From an uncultured Hyphomicrobiales bacterium (GTDB lineage: Bacteria > Bacteroidota > Ignavibacteria > Kapaibacteriales > UBA2268), in the NCBI GenBank assembly GCA_964637845.1, contig CAZWXI010000001.1:18762-82761 (forward strand): 64,000 nucleotides of DNA. Reading direction: 5' to 3'. Below are positions 53,584-64,000 of this stretch, one piece after another. Both the position numbers and the translations under genes were made by a program. The stretch's first letter is position 1. Every line of letters begins with the position of its first letter. The notes below the pieces were generated by a model, which saw only the letters and a program-made list of their open reading frames with translations, made no database searches and had not been told where the DNA came from.

Positions 53584-56130
53584 TTAATTCTTGGGTAAAT
53601 CGTCACTTATGTCGAGTTCGCCGTCAGTAACCACTGTGGGTTTAATAAGATTTTTCTCGTCAATTTGCGTTATGCCTTTCGTAAAATCGAATTTCAATTT
53701 ATCGGCTTCCTTATTGACATCGGCGATGATTTTTGCACCATATCCGAGATTTTCTACCAAAATCAGTTCGGCGATTTCATCTTCAAGATACTTTTGGATT
53801 GCACGTTTCAACGGGCGGGCACCATATTTTTCGTCAAATCCTGTATCCACGAGGAATTCTTTGCCTGCATCGGTCAATTCAAACTCCATCTTGTTAGCTT
53901 TGAGTCGTTTCCTCAATGCTTCAGTTTGGATATCTATTATTCCGAAAATATCCTTACGACTCAAGCGATGGAATATGATGAAATCATCAATGCGATTTAT
54001 AAATTCCGGATTGAACAAGCGTTTAATCGAGTCCTCGATAGTTGATTTAATATGCGAATAATCGTCAGTTTCCTTATCCAATGAGAAGCCGATTTTGCCC
54101 CCGGCTTTGACGTCGCGAGTACCGACATTTGATGTCATGATAATGATTGTATTCTTGAAGTCCACTTTACGTCCCAGTCCGTCAGTAAGCACACCGTCAT
54201 CAAATACTTGCAGGAGTATATTGAATACGTCGGGATGCGCCTTCTCAATTTCATCTAAAAGAATAATACTGTATGGCTTGCGGCGAACTTTTTCGGTTAA
54301 TTGACCACCTTCTTCATAGCCGACATAGCCCGGAGGAGCTCCGACGAAACGTGAAACCGAGAATTTCTCCATATACTCGCTCATGTCTATACGAATCAGC
54401 GAATCTTCCGAATCAAACATGACTTTTGCAAGCGCCTTAGCAAGTTCTGTCTTGCCAACTCCCGTTGGGCCTAAAAACATGAATGAGCCAATCGGGCGCT
54501 TTGGGTCTTTCAGCCCGGCTCGTGCTCTACGAATTGCTTTAGCTAACGATTTAATTGCTTCATCTTGCCCAACTACGAACTTTGTCAGGTCCTCGGAGAG
54601 CCCCATCAACTTTTGTGACTCAGTTTCAGCTATTCGATTTACAGGTACTCCAGTAACCATTGCAACTATGTCGGCAACATCCTCTTCATTTACAGGAAAG
54701 ACTTGCTCGCCGGATTTGTTTTCCCATTCAATTTTGGCAAGTTCAAGCTCGTTATGGAGCCTCTTTTCCATGTCCCGAAGACGCGCCGCTTCCTCGAAAT
54801 TCTGCCTCTTAACGACATTGTTCTTTTCCGTGCGAATATCAGCAATTTTTTCTTCTAGTTCGATAATTTCTTTCGGTACGACAATATTTGACAAATGCAC
54901 TTTTGCACCTGCTTCATCTAAAATGTCAATTGCTTTATCTGGGAACATCCTGTCGGTAATATATCGCTCAGACAGCCTTACGCATGCTTCGACAGCATCA
55001 TTTGTGTAAACGACGTTGTGATGCTCCTCATATTTATCTTTAATGTTGTTCAAAATTTGCAATGTCTCATCGCTTGACGGAGGATCAACCAAAATTTTCT
55101 GGAACCTTCGGTCGAGTGCCCCATCCTTTTCAATGTATTGGCGGTACTCATCTAATGTAGTAGCACCTATACACTGTATATCACCCCTTGCAAGAGCCGG
55201 TTTGAACATGTTCGAGGCATCAAGTGAGCCACTTGCTCCTCCTGCACCAACGATAGTATGTATCTCATCAATGAATAAAATAACGTCTTTAGCTTTTTCC
55301 AATTCGTTCAATACTGCTTTCATGCGTTCTTCAAATTGACCGCGGTACTTTGTTCCCGCCACAAGCGAAGCTAAATCGAGCGTGACAATTCTTTTGTCGA
55401 AAAGTGCGCGAGATACTTTTTTCTGTATAATTTTCAAGGCAAGACCTTCTACAATAGCAGTTTTACCGACGCCCGGCTCTCCAATGAGCACGGGATTATT
55501 CTTCTTCCTACGAGAAAGTACTTGCGAAACACGCTCAATTTCTTTCAATCTGCCGATTACAGGGTCGAGTTTACCTTCAAGTGCCAATTTGGTCAAGTCC
55601 CTACCAAAATTATCTATAACGGGAGTTTTAGCTCTTTCTTTAGCCACTTTTGGAAGAGGCTGTCCTGATGGAATTCCGCGTGAATAGGAACTTTGACCAC
55701 TCAGAATATTTTCTAATTCTCTTCGAGCTGAATCATAATTTATAGAAAATTGTGCTAAAATTTGTGCTGAAATATTTTCTTCGTCCCTGAGTAACGAGAG
55801 CAACAGGTGCTCTGTGCCAATTGTTTCAGATTTGAACAACTTTGCTTCGAGATAAGTAATTTTCAAAACCTTTTCGGCTTGTTTTGTCAACGGGATGTTC
55901 CCTATGGTAATTGTGTTACCTGATTGTCTGACCGTGTCCTCTATACCTTTTTTCAATTTGTATAAATCCGTACCTAAACCCTTCAAGATGCGGACAGCCA
56001 TACCATCACCTTCTCGTATGATACCCAGCAAAAGATGCTCGGTTCCAATATAGTCGTGACCGAGCCGAATTGCTTCTTCGCGGCTCAACCTTATGACGTC
56101 GTTTACTCTATTTGAAAAATTTCCTTCCAT
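53584..56130 (-). CDS. clpC: ATP-dependent Clp protease ATP-binding subunit, ClpC type
   Basis: Two Clp-N repeats, two AAA+ modules ([16 protein letters not shown]), and a short middle region with a UVR-like motif ([11 protein letters not shown]). Confidence 0.9.
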   Translation of the reverse strand: MEGNFSNRVNDVIRLSREEAIRLGHDYIGTEHLLLGIIREGDGMAVRILKGLGTDLYKLKKGIEDTVRQSGNTITIGNIPLTKQAEKVLKITYLEAKLFKSETIGTEHLLLSLLRDEENISAQILAQFSINYDSARRELENILSGQSSYSRGIPSGQPLPKVAKERAKTPVIDNFGRDLTKLALEGKLDPVIGRLKEIERVSQVLSRRKKNNPVLIGEPGVGKTAIVEGLALKIIQKKVSRALFDKRIVTLDLASLVAGTKYRGQFEERMKAVLNELEKAKDVILFIDEIHTIVGAGGASGSLDASNMFKPALARGDIQCIGATTLDEYRQYIEKDGALDRRFQKILVDPPSSDETLQILNNIKDKYEEHHNVVYTNDAVEACVRLSERYITDRMFPDKAIDILDEAGAKVHLSNIVVPKEIIELEEKIADIRTEKNNVVKRQNFEEAARLRDMEKRLHNELELAKIEWENKSGEQVFPVNEEDVADIVAMVTGVPVNRIAETESQKLMGLSEDLTKFVVGQDEAIKSLAKAIRRARAGLKDPKRPIGSFMFLGPTGVGKTELAKALAKVMFDSEDSLIRIDMSEYMEKFSVSRFVGAPPGYVGYEEGGQLTEKVRRKPYSIILLDEIEKAHPDVFNILLQVFDDGVLTDGLGRKVDFKNTIIIMTSNVGTRDVKAGGKIGFSLDKETDDYSHIKSTIEDSIKRLFNPEFINRIDDFIIFHRLSRKDIFGIIDIQTEALRKRLKANKMEFELTDAGKEFLVDTGFDEKYGARPLKRAIQKYLEDEIAELILVENLGYGAKIIADVNKEADKLKFDFTKGITQIDEKNLIKPTVVTDGELDISDDLPKN

Positions 56131-56216
56131 AATCCTGTCAATTTAGTTAAAAACTAAGTAAAATGACGCTCAAATCTATTGATTATTTGTATTAACTAAG
56201 ATATATTGAAATCTAT

Positions 56217-58853
56217 TTATTTTCTGACTGCTTCCTTGTGCAATTCTATAAGTAGATTGAATGCTTGTATAGGGGTGAGGTGGTCAATCTTTATCGCAGC
56301 GAGCCGTTCTCGTAGCTGGTCATCACGGAACTCGAATATTGCAAGCTGGTCTTCGGAACGCTTCGCTTTATTTGTCTTGATTGACTTTATGTTAGGTTTG
56401 CTTTTAGTAGAATCTCCGGTGCGATTTTCTTCACCAAGAGTAGCCATGATTTCATCTGCTCGTGTGATGACTTCGTGAGGCATACCAGCCATCTTAGCTA
56501 CATGAATTCCGAATGAATAATCACTTGCACCGGGAACGACTTTGTGAGTGAAAATAATTTCAGTACCCGTTTCAACAACTTCCACTTTATAGTTTTCAAT
56601 TCCGTAATATCTTGATGCTAAATCGTTTAGTTCATGATAATGTGTTGCGAACAATGTCTTGGCGTTAATTTTGTCGTGTATATACTCGGATATTGACCAA
56701 GCAATTGAAATGCCATCAAAAGTTGCCGTGCCGCGCCCGACTTCGTCAAGCAGTATCAGACTTCGACTGGTAGCATTATTCATTATGTTTGCGGCTTCCT
56801 GCATTTCAACAAGAAAAGTACTTTCTCCGGCAGTAATATTATCCTGTGCTCCTACGCGAGTGAAAATCTTATCAACCACTCCGATTTTGGCAAATTCAGC
56901 GGCTATGTATGAGCCGATTTGGGCTAAAAGTATATTAATAGCCACTTGTCTCAAATAGCAGGATTTACCCGACATATTTGGTCCGGTGATTATATGGAGC
57001 ATTTTATCGTCGGTATTCATAACTATGGAATTCGGAGTAAAATGCTCGCCTTCTCTCAAAACTTTTTCAACGACGGGATGGCGCGCATTAACCAACTCAA
57101 GTTCAGTATTATCAACTATTTCAGGTTTGTTATAATTGTTAGCTTCTGCAGTTTCTGCAAGAGACTGCAGACAATCAATTTCGGCAGCCAATTGGGCATT
57201 GCTTTGGATGGCTTTAGTATGCTCGGAAATTTTTAATAATAATTGATTGAAAAATTTATTTTCAAGCTCACTTATTTTCTCTTCCGCACTCAATATTTTA
57301 CTTTCAAAGTCTTTAAGTTCTTCAGTTATATACCTTTCTGCATTTGTCAATGTTTGTTTGCGGATATAATCTTCGGGGGCTTTGTTTTTATGTGTATTTG
57401 TAATTTCAATATAATAACCAAAAACACTTGTAAAACCTACTTTTAATGACGGTATGTCCGTACGGCGTCTTTCTTGCTCTTGATAATCATTAATCCATTT
57501 ATTTGCCGAGTACTTGGCCTGAATATACGTATCGAGAGTTGTGTTATAACTATCGCGAAATACTCGTCCTGTCCCAAGTTGAGCGGTCGGGTCATCTAAT
57601 AATGATTTTTGAATTAAATTAATGATTTCTGAATTATCTATATAACTATTTTTTAATTCAATTATTTCATTTATTTCGCAATTATTAAATAATTCAATAA
57701 TTACAGGAATCATTGCTAAGCTGTTTTTCAGAGATACGACATCTCGCGGATTTGCTCTTCCGGTACAAACTTTCGTTATTAGCCGCTCGATATCTCCTAT
57801 CTCGTGTAACATGTCTCTTGTTTTTTTTCTAACCTCTTTGTTCTTAAAAAAATAACTGACTGAGCTTTGTCTTTTAATAATTAACTCTCGTCTGATAAGA
57901 GGCATACTTACCCATTTTCTAAGTAATCTGCCGCCTTGTGGAGTTCTAGTCTTATCCAATACCGAAATCAAAGTAGCTGAATGGTTATCGTGTTGCGAAA
58001 ATAATATTTCCAAATTTCTGCGAGTTGATTTATCCAACTGCATATAATTCTCGGTTGTGTATTTTTGGATTGAAGCTATTTGATTTGATGCACTATTTTG
58101 TGTTTCGTTTATATAATTAAGCAATGCGCCTGCAGCTGATATTCCGATTGCTAAATCATCAATTCCAAAGCCTTTGAGGGAGTGTGTTTTGAAATGCCTG
58201 AGCAAAATATCATTAGTGAAATGATACTCGAACATCCAGTCTTCCACTTTTGTTATTACCGGATTTTGATTTATTGCAATAATTTCATTTTGGAAATAAT
58301 CTTTCTGCTCTTTGCTGATTAATATTTCTGCGGGGTTTATGCTTAATAGAAATTCCTTGAAGTATGTTGAATTTATTTCTCCTACTTGAAACTCTCCTGT
58401 GGAAATATCTGTTATAGCAATGCCAATTACTTTCATATACGACTTTAAATCATTGCAATATAGTGAAATAATAAAATTATTGCTTTTTGTCTCAAGAAGC
58501 TTATCATATAAAGCAACACCGGGTGTGACAATTTCGACTACACCACGTTTAACAATACCTTTGGCTTTTTTGGGATCTTCTAGTTGCTCACAAACCGCTA
58601 CTCTGTGCCCAGCTTTGACTATTTTCGGTAAATATGCATCTAACTGATGATACGGAAATCCTGCCAAAGGTGTATCTGCGCCCGCGCCATTATTTCGCTT
58701 TGTAAGTGTGATTCCGCATACTTGCGATGTAATTACTGCATCATCGCCAAAGGTTTCATAAAAATCACCTAATCTGAAAAGCAAAATTGTATTAGGATAT
58801 TTTTGCTTTATCTGGTTATATTGTTTCGCTAAAGGTGTTTGGCTTTCTTTCAT
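56217..58853 (-). CDS. mutS: DNA mismatch repair protein MutS
   Basis: N-terminal TPLAKQY...GDFYETF mismatch-binding domain, Walker A GPNMSGKS, DEVGRGT, TH.HEL motif. Confidence 0.95.
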   Translation of the reverse strand: MKESQTPLAKQYNQIKQKYPNTILLFRLGDFYETFGDDAVITSQVCGITLTKRNNGAGADTPLAGFPYHQLDAYLPKIVKAGHRVAVCEQLEDPKKAKGIVKRGVVEIVTPGVALYDKLLETKSNNFIISLYCNDLKSYMKVIGIAITDISTGEFQVGEINSTYFKEFLLSINPAEILISKEQKDYFQNEIIAINQNPVITKVEDWMFEYHFTNDILLRHFKTHSLKGFGIDDLAIGISAAGALLNYINETQNSASNQIASIQKYTTENYMQLDKSTRRNLEILFSQHDNHSATLISVLDKTRTPQGGRLLRKWVSMPLIRRELIIKRQSSVSYFFKNKEVRKKTRDMLHEIGDIERLITKVCTGRANPRDVVSLKNSLAMIPVIIELFNNCEINEIIELKNSYIDNSEIINLIQKSLLDDPTAQLGTGRVFRDSYNTTLDTYIQAKYSANKWINDYQEQERRRTDIPSLKVGFTSVFGYYIEITNTHKNKAPEDYIRKQTLTNAERYITEELKDFESKILSAEEKISELENKFFNQLLLKISEHTKAIQSNAQLAAEIDCLQSLAETAEANNYNKPEIVDNTELELVNARHPVVEKVLREGEHFTPNSIVMNTDDKMLHIITGPNMSGKSCYLRQVAINILLAQIGSYIAAEFAKIGVVDKIFTRVGAQDNITAGESTFLVEMQEAANIMNNATSRSLILLDEVGRGTATFDGISIAWSISEYIHDKINAKTLFATHYHELNDLASRYYGIENYKVEVVETGTEIIFTHKVVPGASDYSFGIHVAKMAGMPHEVITRADEIMATLGEENRTGDSTKSKPNIKSIKTNKAKRSEDQLAIFEFRDDQLRERLAAIKIDHLTPIQAFNLLIELHKEAVRK

Positions 58854-58859
58854 ATTTAT

Positions 58860-59543
58860 TTAACTCGGAATTTGTACTCCCCCCATACGGTTAACAATCC
58901 ATCCTGTACGCTTATGGATATAATTTGTCGGTTTCGTGGGTGACCATCTATGCGGATTTGGAAGAACAGATGTTAATAATGCCGCTTCATTTCGCGATAG
59001 TTCTGATGCCGATTTCCCGAAAAATTTTCTTGATGCGGCTTCGGCTCCATATAGACCGTCCCCCCATTCCACGACATTAATGTACACTTCTATTATTCTA
59101 CGTTTATCCCAAATAGATTCAATAAGATACGTAAAATATGCTTCAAACCCTTTCCTGATATAATTGCGAGAGTGATTCAAAAAAGTGTTCTTTGCCGTTT
59201 GCATCGTAATGGTGCTTGCACCACGTTTCTTCCTTCCTTTGTGGCGTTGATTGTAATTTTTAGAATCTTTCACTGCTTTCCAATCAATGCCGCTGTGGTT
59301 CATAAATCTCGCATCTTCTGCTGCTATAATTGCACGAATCAGATTTTTTGATACATCATCATAATTAATCCACTCTCGGTTAATGTGCTGGACTCTACCC
59401 TCACTCAATGCTTCTATTGAACGAATCAACATGAGGGGAGTAAGTGGGGGATTAAAATATTTGTACGCCATAACGATTCCTACAGATAATACTACGAAAG
59501 TAAATATTACTAAGAGTAATATTTTAAACAACTTACCTATCAT
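58860..59543 (-). CDS. mtgA: Monofunctional biosynthetic peptidoglycan transglycosylase
   Basis: GT51 motifs IAAEDARF, GASTITMQ, RKGFE. TM anchor. ATG at 59543; the track start at 59549 is TTG. Confidence 0.85.
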   Translation of the reverse strand: MIGKLFKILLLVIFTFVVLSVGIVMAYKYFNPPLTPLMLIRSIEALSEGRVQHINREWINYDDVSKNLIRAIIAAEDARFMNHSGIDWKAVKDSKNYNQRHKGRKKRGASTITMQTAKNTFLNHSRNYIRKGFEAYFTYLIESIWDKRRIIEVYINVVEWGDGLYGAEAASRKFFGKSASELSRNEAALLTSVLPNPHRWSPTKPTNYIHKRTGWIVNRMGGVQIPS

Positions 59544-59910
59544 AAACAACCGGCGATATAGAGTAAGATATCGAATGAGAGAACGTTATTTCAAAATTAA
59601 CTGTATCAGGAGTTGTCAATCTATATTTTTCAAAAATCAAACGATTACTTTTGGTGGAGCTTGGGAAAATATCACCATATCCTCTCTCAATACGCTGAAT
59701 TTCCTTTTCCCCGCTATATGCAGTAGCGATTAAAATAACAAAATATGCAGGTATTTCGCCGAGGTTTTTTAATGTAACATCGGCGAAATAGTGTCCGCTT
59801 TCAGTAAATCCGAATGATTTTCCCGATACGATTACTTTCGGGTCTTTTTTCGGTTCACATGAATAAATAAATATAATTATTATAAATAAATATATTAATT
59901 TCTTTGTCAT
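59533..59910 (-). CDS. Hypothetical lipoprotein
   Basis: Signal peptide with lipobox IYSC. Overlaps the upstream dipeptidase stop by 4 nt and the mtgA start by 11 nt, which suggests co-translation in the operon. Confidence 0.5.
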   Translation of the reverse strand: MTKKLIYLFIIIIFIYSCEPKKDPKVIVSGKSFGFTESGHYFADVTLKNLGEIPAYFVILIATAYSGEKEIQRIERGYGDIFPSSTKSNRLIFEKYRLTTPDTVNFEITFSHSISYSISPVVYDR

Positions 59911-61274
59911 TTCGAATATTCTTCTAAAAATAAAGCACTTGCTTTGATGCCGCCGTAAAAATTATCAATGGAAAAACTTTCGTTTGGCGAATGAATATTA
60001 TCTCCGGGTAGCCCTAGTCCCATTAGTATTGTCGGGGCTTTCAATACAGCACCGAAAGTTTCGACTATGGGTATTGAGCCACCTTCTCGCATCATTATGG
60101 GTTCTTTGCCGAATGCTTTCACCATAGCTCGTTTTGCGGCATTTAACCCTTCTCCGTCGAGCTCTACCATTACAGGATTTGCTCCGTGTAATTTCGTGAT
60201 ATCCACTTTGACTGTTGGCGGTGCAATTGCCTTTAAGTATCCAACAATCTTAGCAGTTATATCAGCATGCTTTTGATAAGGTACCAAACGCATGGATATT
60301 TTTGCGGTTGCTTTTGATGGCAAAACCGTTTTGGCTCCCTCACCGGTATAACCTCCGTAAATACCGTTCAAATCAAGAGTTGGGCGTGCCCAAGTTCTCT
60401 CCAAAGTGGTATAACCAAATTCACCGTAACCATCGGCTACCCCAAGCTCCTCTGTATATTCCTCATAATTAAAGGGCAGTTTGGCAAATCCGTCTCTTTC
60501 TTCTTTGGTTAATGGTTTCACGTCATCGTAAAAGCCCGGCACTGTGATTCTGCCGTATTTATCTTTCAGTTGTGATATCATGTCGCACAATACGTTTATC
60601 GGATTATCAACCGCTCCTCCGTATGTACCCGAATGCAGGTCTCGCTTTGGTCCGGTTACGGTAATTTCTATGTACGAAAGCCCTCGCAATGAGTAGCAAA
60701 TTGACGGAAGCCCTTCAGCGAACCATTCCGTATCGGATACCATCACCGTATCGCATTTAAGCATTTCTATGTTTTTGCCGATAAATTCATCAAGATGATT
60801 ACTACCGCATTCTTCTTCGCCTTCAATCATGAATTTGATATTTACGGGTAATTTGCCTGAAGTTTTAAGTATTGACTCAACGGCTTTGATGTGTGCAAAT
60901 ACCTGTCCTTTATCATCGGAACTGCCGCGGGCATAAACTTTGCCGTTATTGACAACAGGTTCGAATGGGGGAGATGCCCATAATTCGAGGGGGTCAACCG
61001 GTTGTACGTCATAATGACCGTAAACGAGTACTGTTCGGGCGTCGGCTCCGGCTCGCAAATCTTCTGCATACACAACGGGGTGTCCCGCAGTTTCATGAAG
61101 CTCTACTTTTGGCATACCTGCTTGGCGTAAGTTTTCGGCTACCCATTCAGCCGCTCTGCGAGTGTCAGCATTGTGTTCTGATTGGCTGCTTATGCTCGGA
61201 ATACGCAAAAAGTCTGTCAATTCGCTGAAAAATCTGTCTTTGTTTGTTTCAATGTAATTGTTCAAATCGCTCAT
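59907..61274 (-). CDS. M20 family metallopeptidase (dipeptidase)
   Basis: GHYDVQP, RGSSDDKG, EGEEECGS, and a C-terminal HSPNE motif. Confidence 0.85.
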   Translation of the reverse strand: MSDLNNYIETNKDRFFSELTDFLRIPSISSQSEHNADTRRAAEWVAENLRQAGMPKVELHETAGHPVVYAEDLRAGADARTVLVYGHYDVQPVDPLELWASPPFEPVVNNGKVYARGSSDDKGQVFAHIKAVESILKTSGKLPVNIKFMIEGEEECGSNHLDEFIGKNIEMLKCDTVMVSDTEWFAEGLPSICYSLRGLSYIEITVTGPKRDLHSGTYGGAVDNPINVLCDMISQLKDKYGRITVPGFYDDVKPLTKEERDGFAKLPFNYEEYTEELGVADGYGEFGYTTLERTWARPTLDLNGIYGGYTGEGAKTVLPSKATAKISMRLVPYQKHADITAKIVGYLKAIAPPTVKVDITKLHGANPVMVELDGEGLNAAKRAMVKAFGKEPIMMREGGSIPIVETFGAVLKAPTILMGLGLPGDNIHSPNESFSIDNFYGGIKASALFLEEYSK

Positions 61275-61411
61275 TTTTAATCCTCATATTCATCATGTTT
61301 ATTGAATTCAGACGAATAAAAAGAATATTAATATAAAATTTATTTTGGGATTTGATTTTTTTGTATATTTGCTTCTAATAAAGTTTTGTTTGATACTTAA
61401 TTGAGGTTTTT

Positions 61412-62449
61412 ATGAAAAATGTACTACTTTCGGCTGATTCAAGAGAAAGTCAAAATTCAGAACTTGCTCTCTTGGACAAATTTAATAAGTTCATCGTCTT
61501 ATTTTGTGTCTGTTTCATTTTCTTATTAGCTACAGATGATATTAAAACACAGACGGTAACGAATCCTTGTACAGAAGGCGCAAATGTTTTAGCTCAATTT
61601 TGCGACTGGATTATTTACGAAAATCTTATGGAACATTTTTGGCCAAATGATTGTGAACCGTTAAATCCACCAAACAAATGTTCAATACGGGTTGAATATT
61701 GCAGAGTGCTGCTTGATAGGGGTAATGGACCAGAATGGGAGACACAGATTAAAAAGGTTGAGCTAATCAATTGCGAGCAGGACTGTTTTGATTATATTTG
61801 GTCTGCAGCATTAATAGTTGCCTCCTTAGAATTGGATTTACCAACACCTTCTTGCGATGAAAATTTTATTTACACATTAGCTACTTGTTGGAAACCTAAA
61901 CATGAAATTACTCCCTGGGGCCCTGTTATATTACTTGGTTATGAGTCTTGTGATGAAGGCGAGTGCTGTGCAGGTTATTACAGAATTTGCAAATACTATG
62001 AAGATGATGAGCCACATATGAGTATTGAATTTCAAAGCCGACTCGTTCGTATAACTCATTTTTGCACACAACCATGTCAATTTACTGATTGTTTGTCTTC
62101 TGTTCCTTCTATGATAGAATCATTTCGATTGATTGATTTTGGTAGAATAACTCCTGGAATTCCAAAACAATCTATTTTGTTTAATAATTTACAAGTTCTT
62201 TTATTGCTTATGCCAAATCCTACAAATGATGTTTTAAACATGTATATCGAATTTCCAAGCGATGGATTATATACAATAAAGATATTCAACTATTACGGTA
62301 AACTTGAGCATGTTCATACAATAGCAAACAGAACTGGTAAATATAATTACAGAATTGACATTGCAAATTTTGTTGACGGTATATACAAAGTTTGTATTGA
62401 AAAAGATAACTCTGTCGTGGCAGTTGAAAAGTTTGTGATAGTTAAATGA
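61412..62449 (+). CDS. Cysteine-rich secreted protein of unknown function with a T9SS C-terminal sorting domain
   Basis: Hydrophobic signal segment, about 20 Cys in the ~180-aa central region, and a C-terminal ~80 aa typical of Por/T9SS CTDs (LMPNPTNDVLNMYIEF...YTIKIFNYYGK...GIYKVCIE). An alternative TTG start at 61472 would give a standard signal peptide. Confidence 0.6.
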   Translation: MKNVLLSADSRESQNSELALLDKFNKFIVLFCVCFIFLLATDDIKTQTVTNPCTEGANVLAQFCDWIIYENLMEHFWPNDCEPLNPPNKCSIRVEYCRVLLDRGNGPEWETQIKKVELINCEQDCFDYIWSAALIVASLELDLPTPSCDENFIYTLATCWKPKHEITPWGPVILLGYESCDEGECCAGYYRICKYYEDDEPHMSIEFQSRLVRITHFCTQPCQFTDCLSSVPSMIESFRLIDFGRITPGIPKQSILFNNLQVLLLLMPNPTNDVLNMYIEFPSDGLYTIKIFNYYGKLEHVHTIANRTGKYNYRIDIANFVDGIYKVCIEKDNSVVAVEKFVIVK

Positions 62450-62500
62450 GACTATTCTATATAAAAAAAATTTATAGACAATTTTAAAGTGAGGATTATT

Positions 62501-63901
62501 ATGAAAAATATAAACTTTCAAATTTCGCTGCTTATAATAGCTTTTCAACTCATGTTAAACTACCCAAGTTTATTATTTTCTTTTGAAGAAGGTTACACAC
62601 TAACAGTAATTGACAGTTCAATTGCTTACAATTACATTAGTATAGCCTGCTATGACGACGAGAACTGTGTTCTCTTGAAAACTAGAAATTCTGTGGGAGC
62701 AATAATTGAAAAAACAATTGATGGGTTTCAAACGAGCGGAATAGTATATTCCGATACAGCATTGACAGACGATAACGGTAATTTGATTCATTTACCGAAC
62801 TATCTTACGAGAAAACTTTTCTATTTCAAAAGTGGTTTAATCATTGGAATATGTTTACGTGGTGAAATTCTAAAATCAACAGATTTTGGTAATACATGGA
62901 CCCTCCTCAGGCACGAATTGGATAAGTTTTATTTCGGTAAAGCGGTTATGGTCAACGAGAATGTCGGATTTGCCATTTCTATCGTTCCAATTGGACCTCA
63001 TGATAGAAATATTTATTATACTGATGATGGTTTCGAGACTTGGCAAATTCTTGAGCAACCTGAAGACATAAAGGATAAATACGTGCCTCAAAATCTGACC
63101 GTACAGTATGACGGTTCTGTAGCTGTAGGTTTTTTTAAGAATACTGCCACTTATGAAACAGTACATTACAAGATTGACATAACCGGTAAGAACTGGGAGC
63201 TAATGTCAACTCCAGAATTTTCTGAGGGTTTGATATTCGATGATGTGTATTTCAAGAATTCTTCCGAAGCTGTTTGCAGAGCCGCTTCCCTTGATGAGAA
63301 ACGTTTTCGGGATACGGTTTTGCTCTATAAAACTTACGACGGTGGTGCAAATTGGCTTTTGAAGTTCAAAACTATACGTCCCTACAATTTATCTAATAAG
63401 ATGGTTCATAATAATAATACTGTCTATATACTCGGAAGATATAATCTGGTTGTCAAATCTACTGACTTCGGTGATACATGGTATTTTATTAATGATAGTC
63501 TTAATAAATATGGTTTCACAAGTTATTTAACTGACGCATTTCTTCCATCGCCCGAAGTCTTGTATTACACAACTATACAATGGGGACGAATAGTAAAATA
63601 TCACAGAACCACTACATCTGTGTTTGAGCCGCCTATAAGAAAAATGAACATTTTCCCCAATCCTGTTGTTTCCGGTGGCGTCTTTTTTGCTGATTACGAA
63701 GTCGAATCCTCCGGCAACATGAAAATATACATAGCAGACATAAGCGGAAAAGAGATAAGTACTCTTTATAATAATTATACCTATATCGGTAACTATCGGA
63801 GCAATTTGCATCTACCTTCAACGCTTTCGTCAGGCTCGTATTGGCTTGTTTTTGAGCTCAACGGAGTTTCAGCGGTCAAAATGCTGAATGTTCTGAAATA
63901 A
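62501..63901 (+). CDS. BNR/Asp-box repeat (beta-propeller, Ycf48/sialidase-like) protein with a T9SS C-terminal sorting domain
   Basis: Four Asp-box motifs (STDFGNTW, TDDGFETW, TYDGGANW, STDFGDTW). CTD IFPNPVVSGG...MKIYIADISGKEI...GSYWLVFE. ATG at 62501 is preceded by GAGGA; the track start at 62489 is GTG. Confidence 0.7.
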   Translation: MKNINFQISLLIIAFQLMLNYPSLLFSFEEGYTLTVIDSSIAYNYISIACYDDENCVLLKTRNSVGAIIEKTIDGFQTSGIVYSDTALTDDNGNLIHLPNYLTRKLFYFKSGLIIGICLRGEILKSTDFGNTWTLLRHELDKFYFGKAVMVNENVGFAISIVPIGPHDRNIYYTDDGFETWQILEQPEDIKDKYVPQNLTVQYDGSVAVGFFKNTATYETVHYKIDITGKNWELMSTPEFSEGLIFDDVYFKNSSEAVCRAASLDEKRFRDTVLLYKTYDGGANWLLKFKTIRPYNLSNKMVHNNNTVYILGRYNLVVKSTDFGDTWYFINDSLNKYGFTSYLTDAFLPSPEVLYYTTIQWGRIVKYHRTTTSVFEPPIRKMNIFPNPVVSGGVFFADYEVESSGNMKIYIADISGKEISTLYNNYTYIGNYRSNLHLPSTLSSGSYWLVFELNGVSAVKMLNVLK

Positions 63902-63907
63902 AAAATA

Positions 63908-63940
63908 CGGGCAACCGCTTAAGCAGTTGCCCGATTTTCT
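63908..63940 (+). terminator. Rho-independent terminator
   Basis: 8-bp GC-rich stem CGGGCAAC / GTTGCCCG (63908-63915 and 63926-63933), followed by ATTTTCT. Confidence 0.6.
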
Positions 63941-64000
63941 ATGCACGTGAGTGCAATGCTACACGATTTCCCTCAGTATCAGTGAAAAGACCAAAATAGC

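Noticed and set aside
54383-55009. Long antisense ORFs inside large genes. Examples: 54383-55009 and 53591-54061 opposite clpC, 41034-41618 and 39042-39524 opposite tamB, 44737-45138 opposite gyrA.
   Set aside because: Each lies entirely within a gene that has strong family motifs on the other strand. Their translations are low-complexity and Ser/Ile/Phe-rich with no motifs. These are typical shadow ORFs.
63941-64000. Possible 3' end of a minus-strand gene (stop codon complement CTA at 63959-63961) running off the window.
   Set aside because: Only 13 codons are visible, with no motif to support a call.

Overview
AT-rich bacterial chromosome segment that looks like core genome. I found no rRNA, CRISPR array, IS element, integrase or prophage. 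T9SS-type C-terminal sorting domains, a fused CcoN-CcoO, and an Alternative Complex III with a variant-TAT ActB point to the FCB group (Ignavibacteria/Bacteroidota-like); this assignment is an inference. Layout: (1) 1-10.6 kb holds a fragmented cell-wall (dcw) neighbourhood. mraY (5' truncated by the window edge) and murC are separated by an NlpC/P60 peptidase and a C-N hydrolase/ABC transporter/membrane-protein operon, followed by two SurA/PpiD-type PPIases and comF. (2) 11.2-36.8 kb is an unbroken plus-strand run holding glmM, a full cbb3 oxidase cluster (ccoI-ccoS-ccoNO-ccoQ-ccoP-ccoG-ccoH-tauE-like), ACIII (actA, small TAT ORF, actB, actC, fused actDE, actF), an anchored cytochrome c, SCO, an aa3-type oxidase (coxA-coxC-coxD-coxB), ctaB and an uncharacterised polytopic membrane/cytochrome c fusion. 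(3) 36.9-64 kb holds housekeeping genes: an IDH/IPMDH-family dehydrogenase, a secreted nuclease, TamB, a cyclase-family protein, gyrA, recJ, rsgA, tRNA-Ser(CGA), clpC, mutS, mtgA, an M20 dipeptidase and two T9SS cargo proteins. The best candidates for something new are a 1102-aa RecB-like-nuclease + Upf1/Dna2-type helicase fusion starting 4 nt after recJ, with an extremely AT-rich N-terminal domain. Next are two short genes absent from the ORF track (ccoS, and a 58-aa twin-arginine peptide between actA and actB) and two uncharacterised cytochrome c fusion proteins in the oxidase cluster. All function calls rest on motifs read by eye from the translations; no database search was run.
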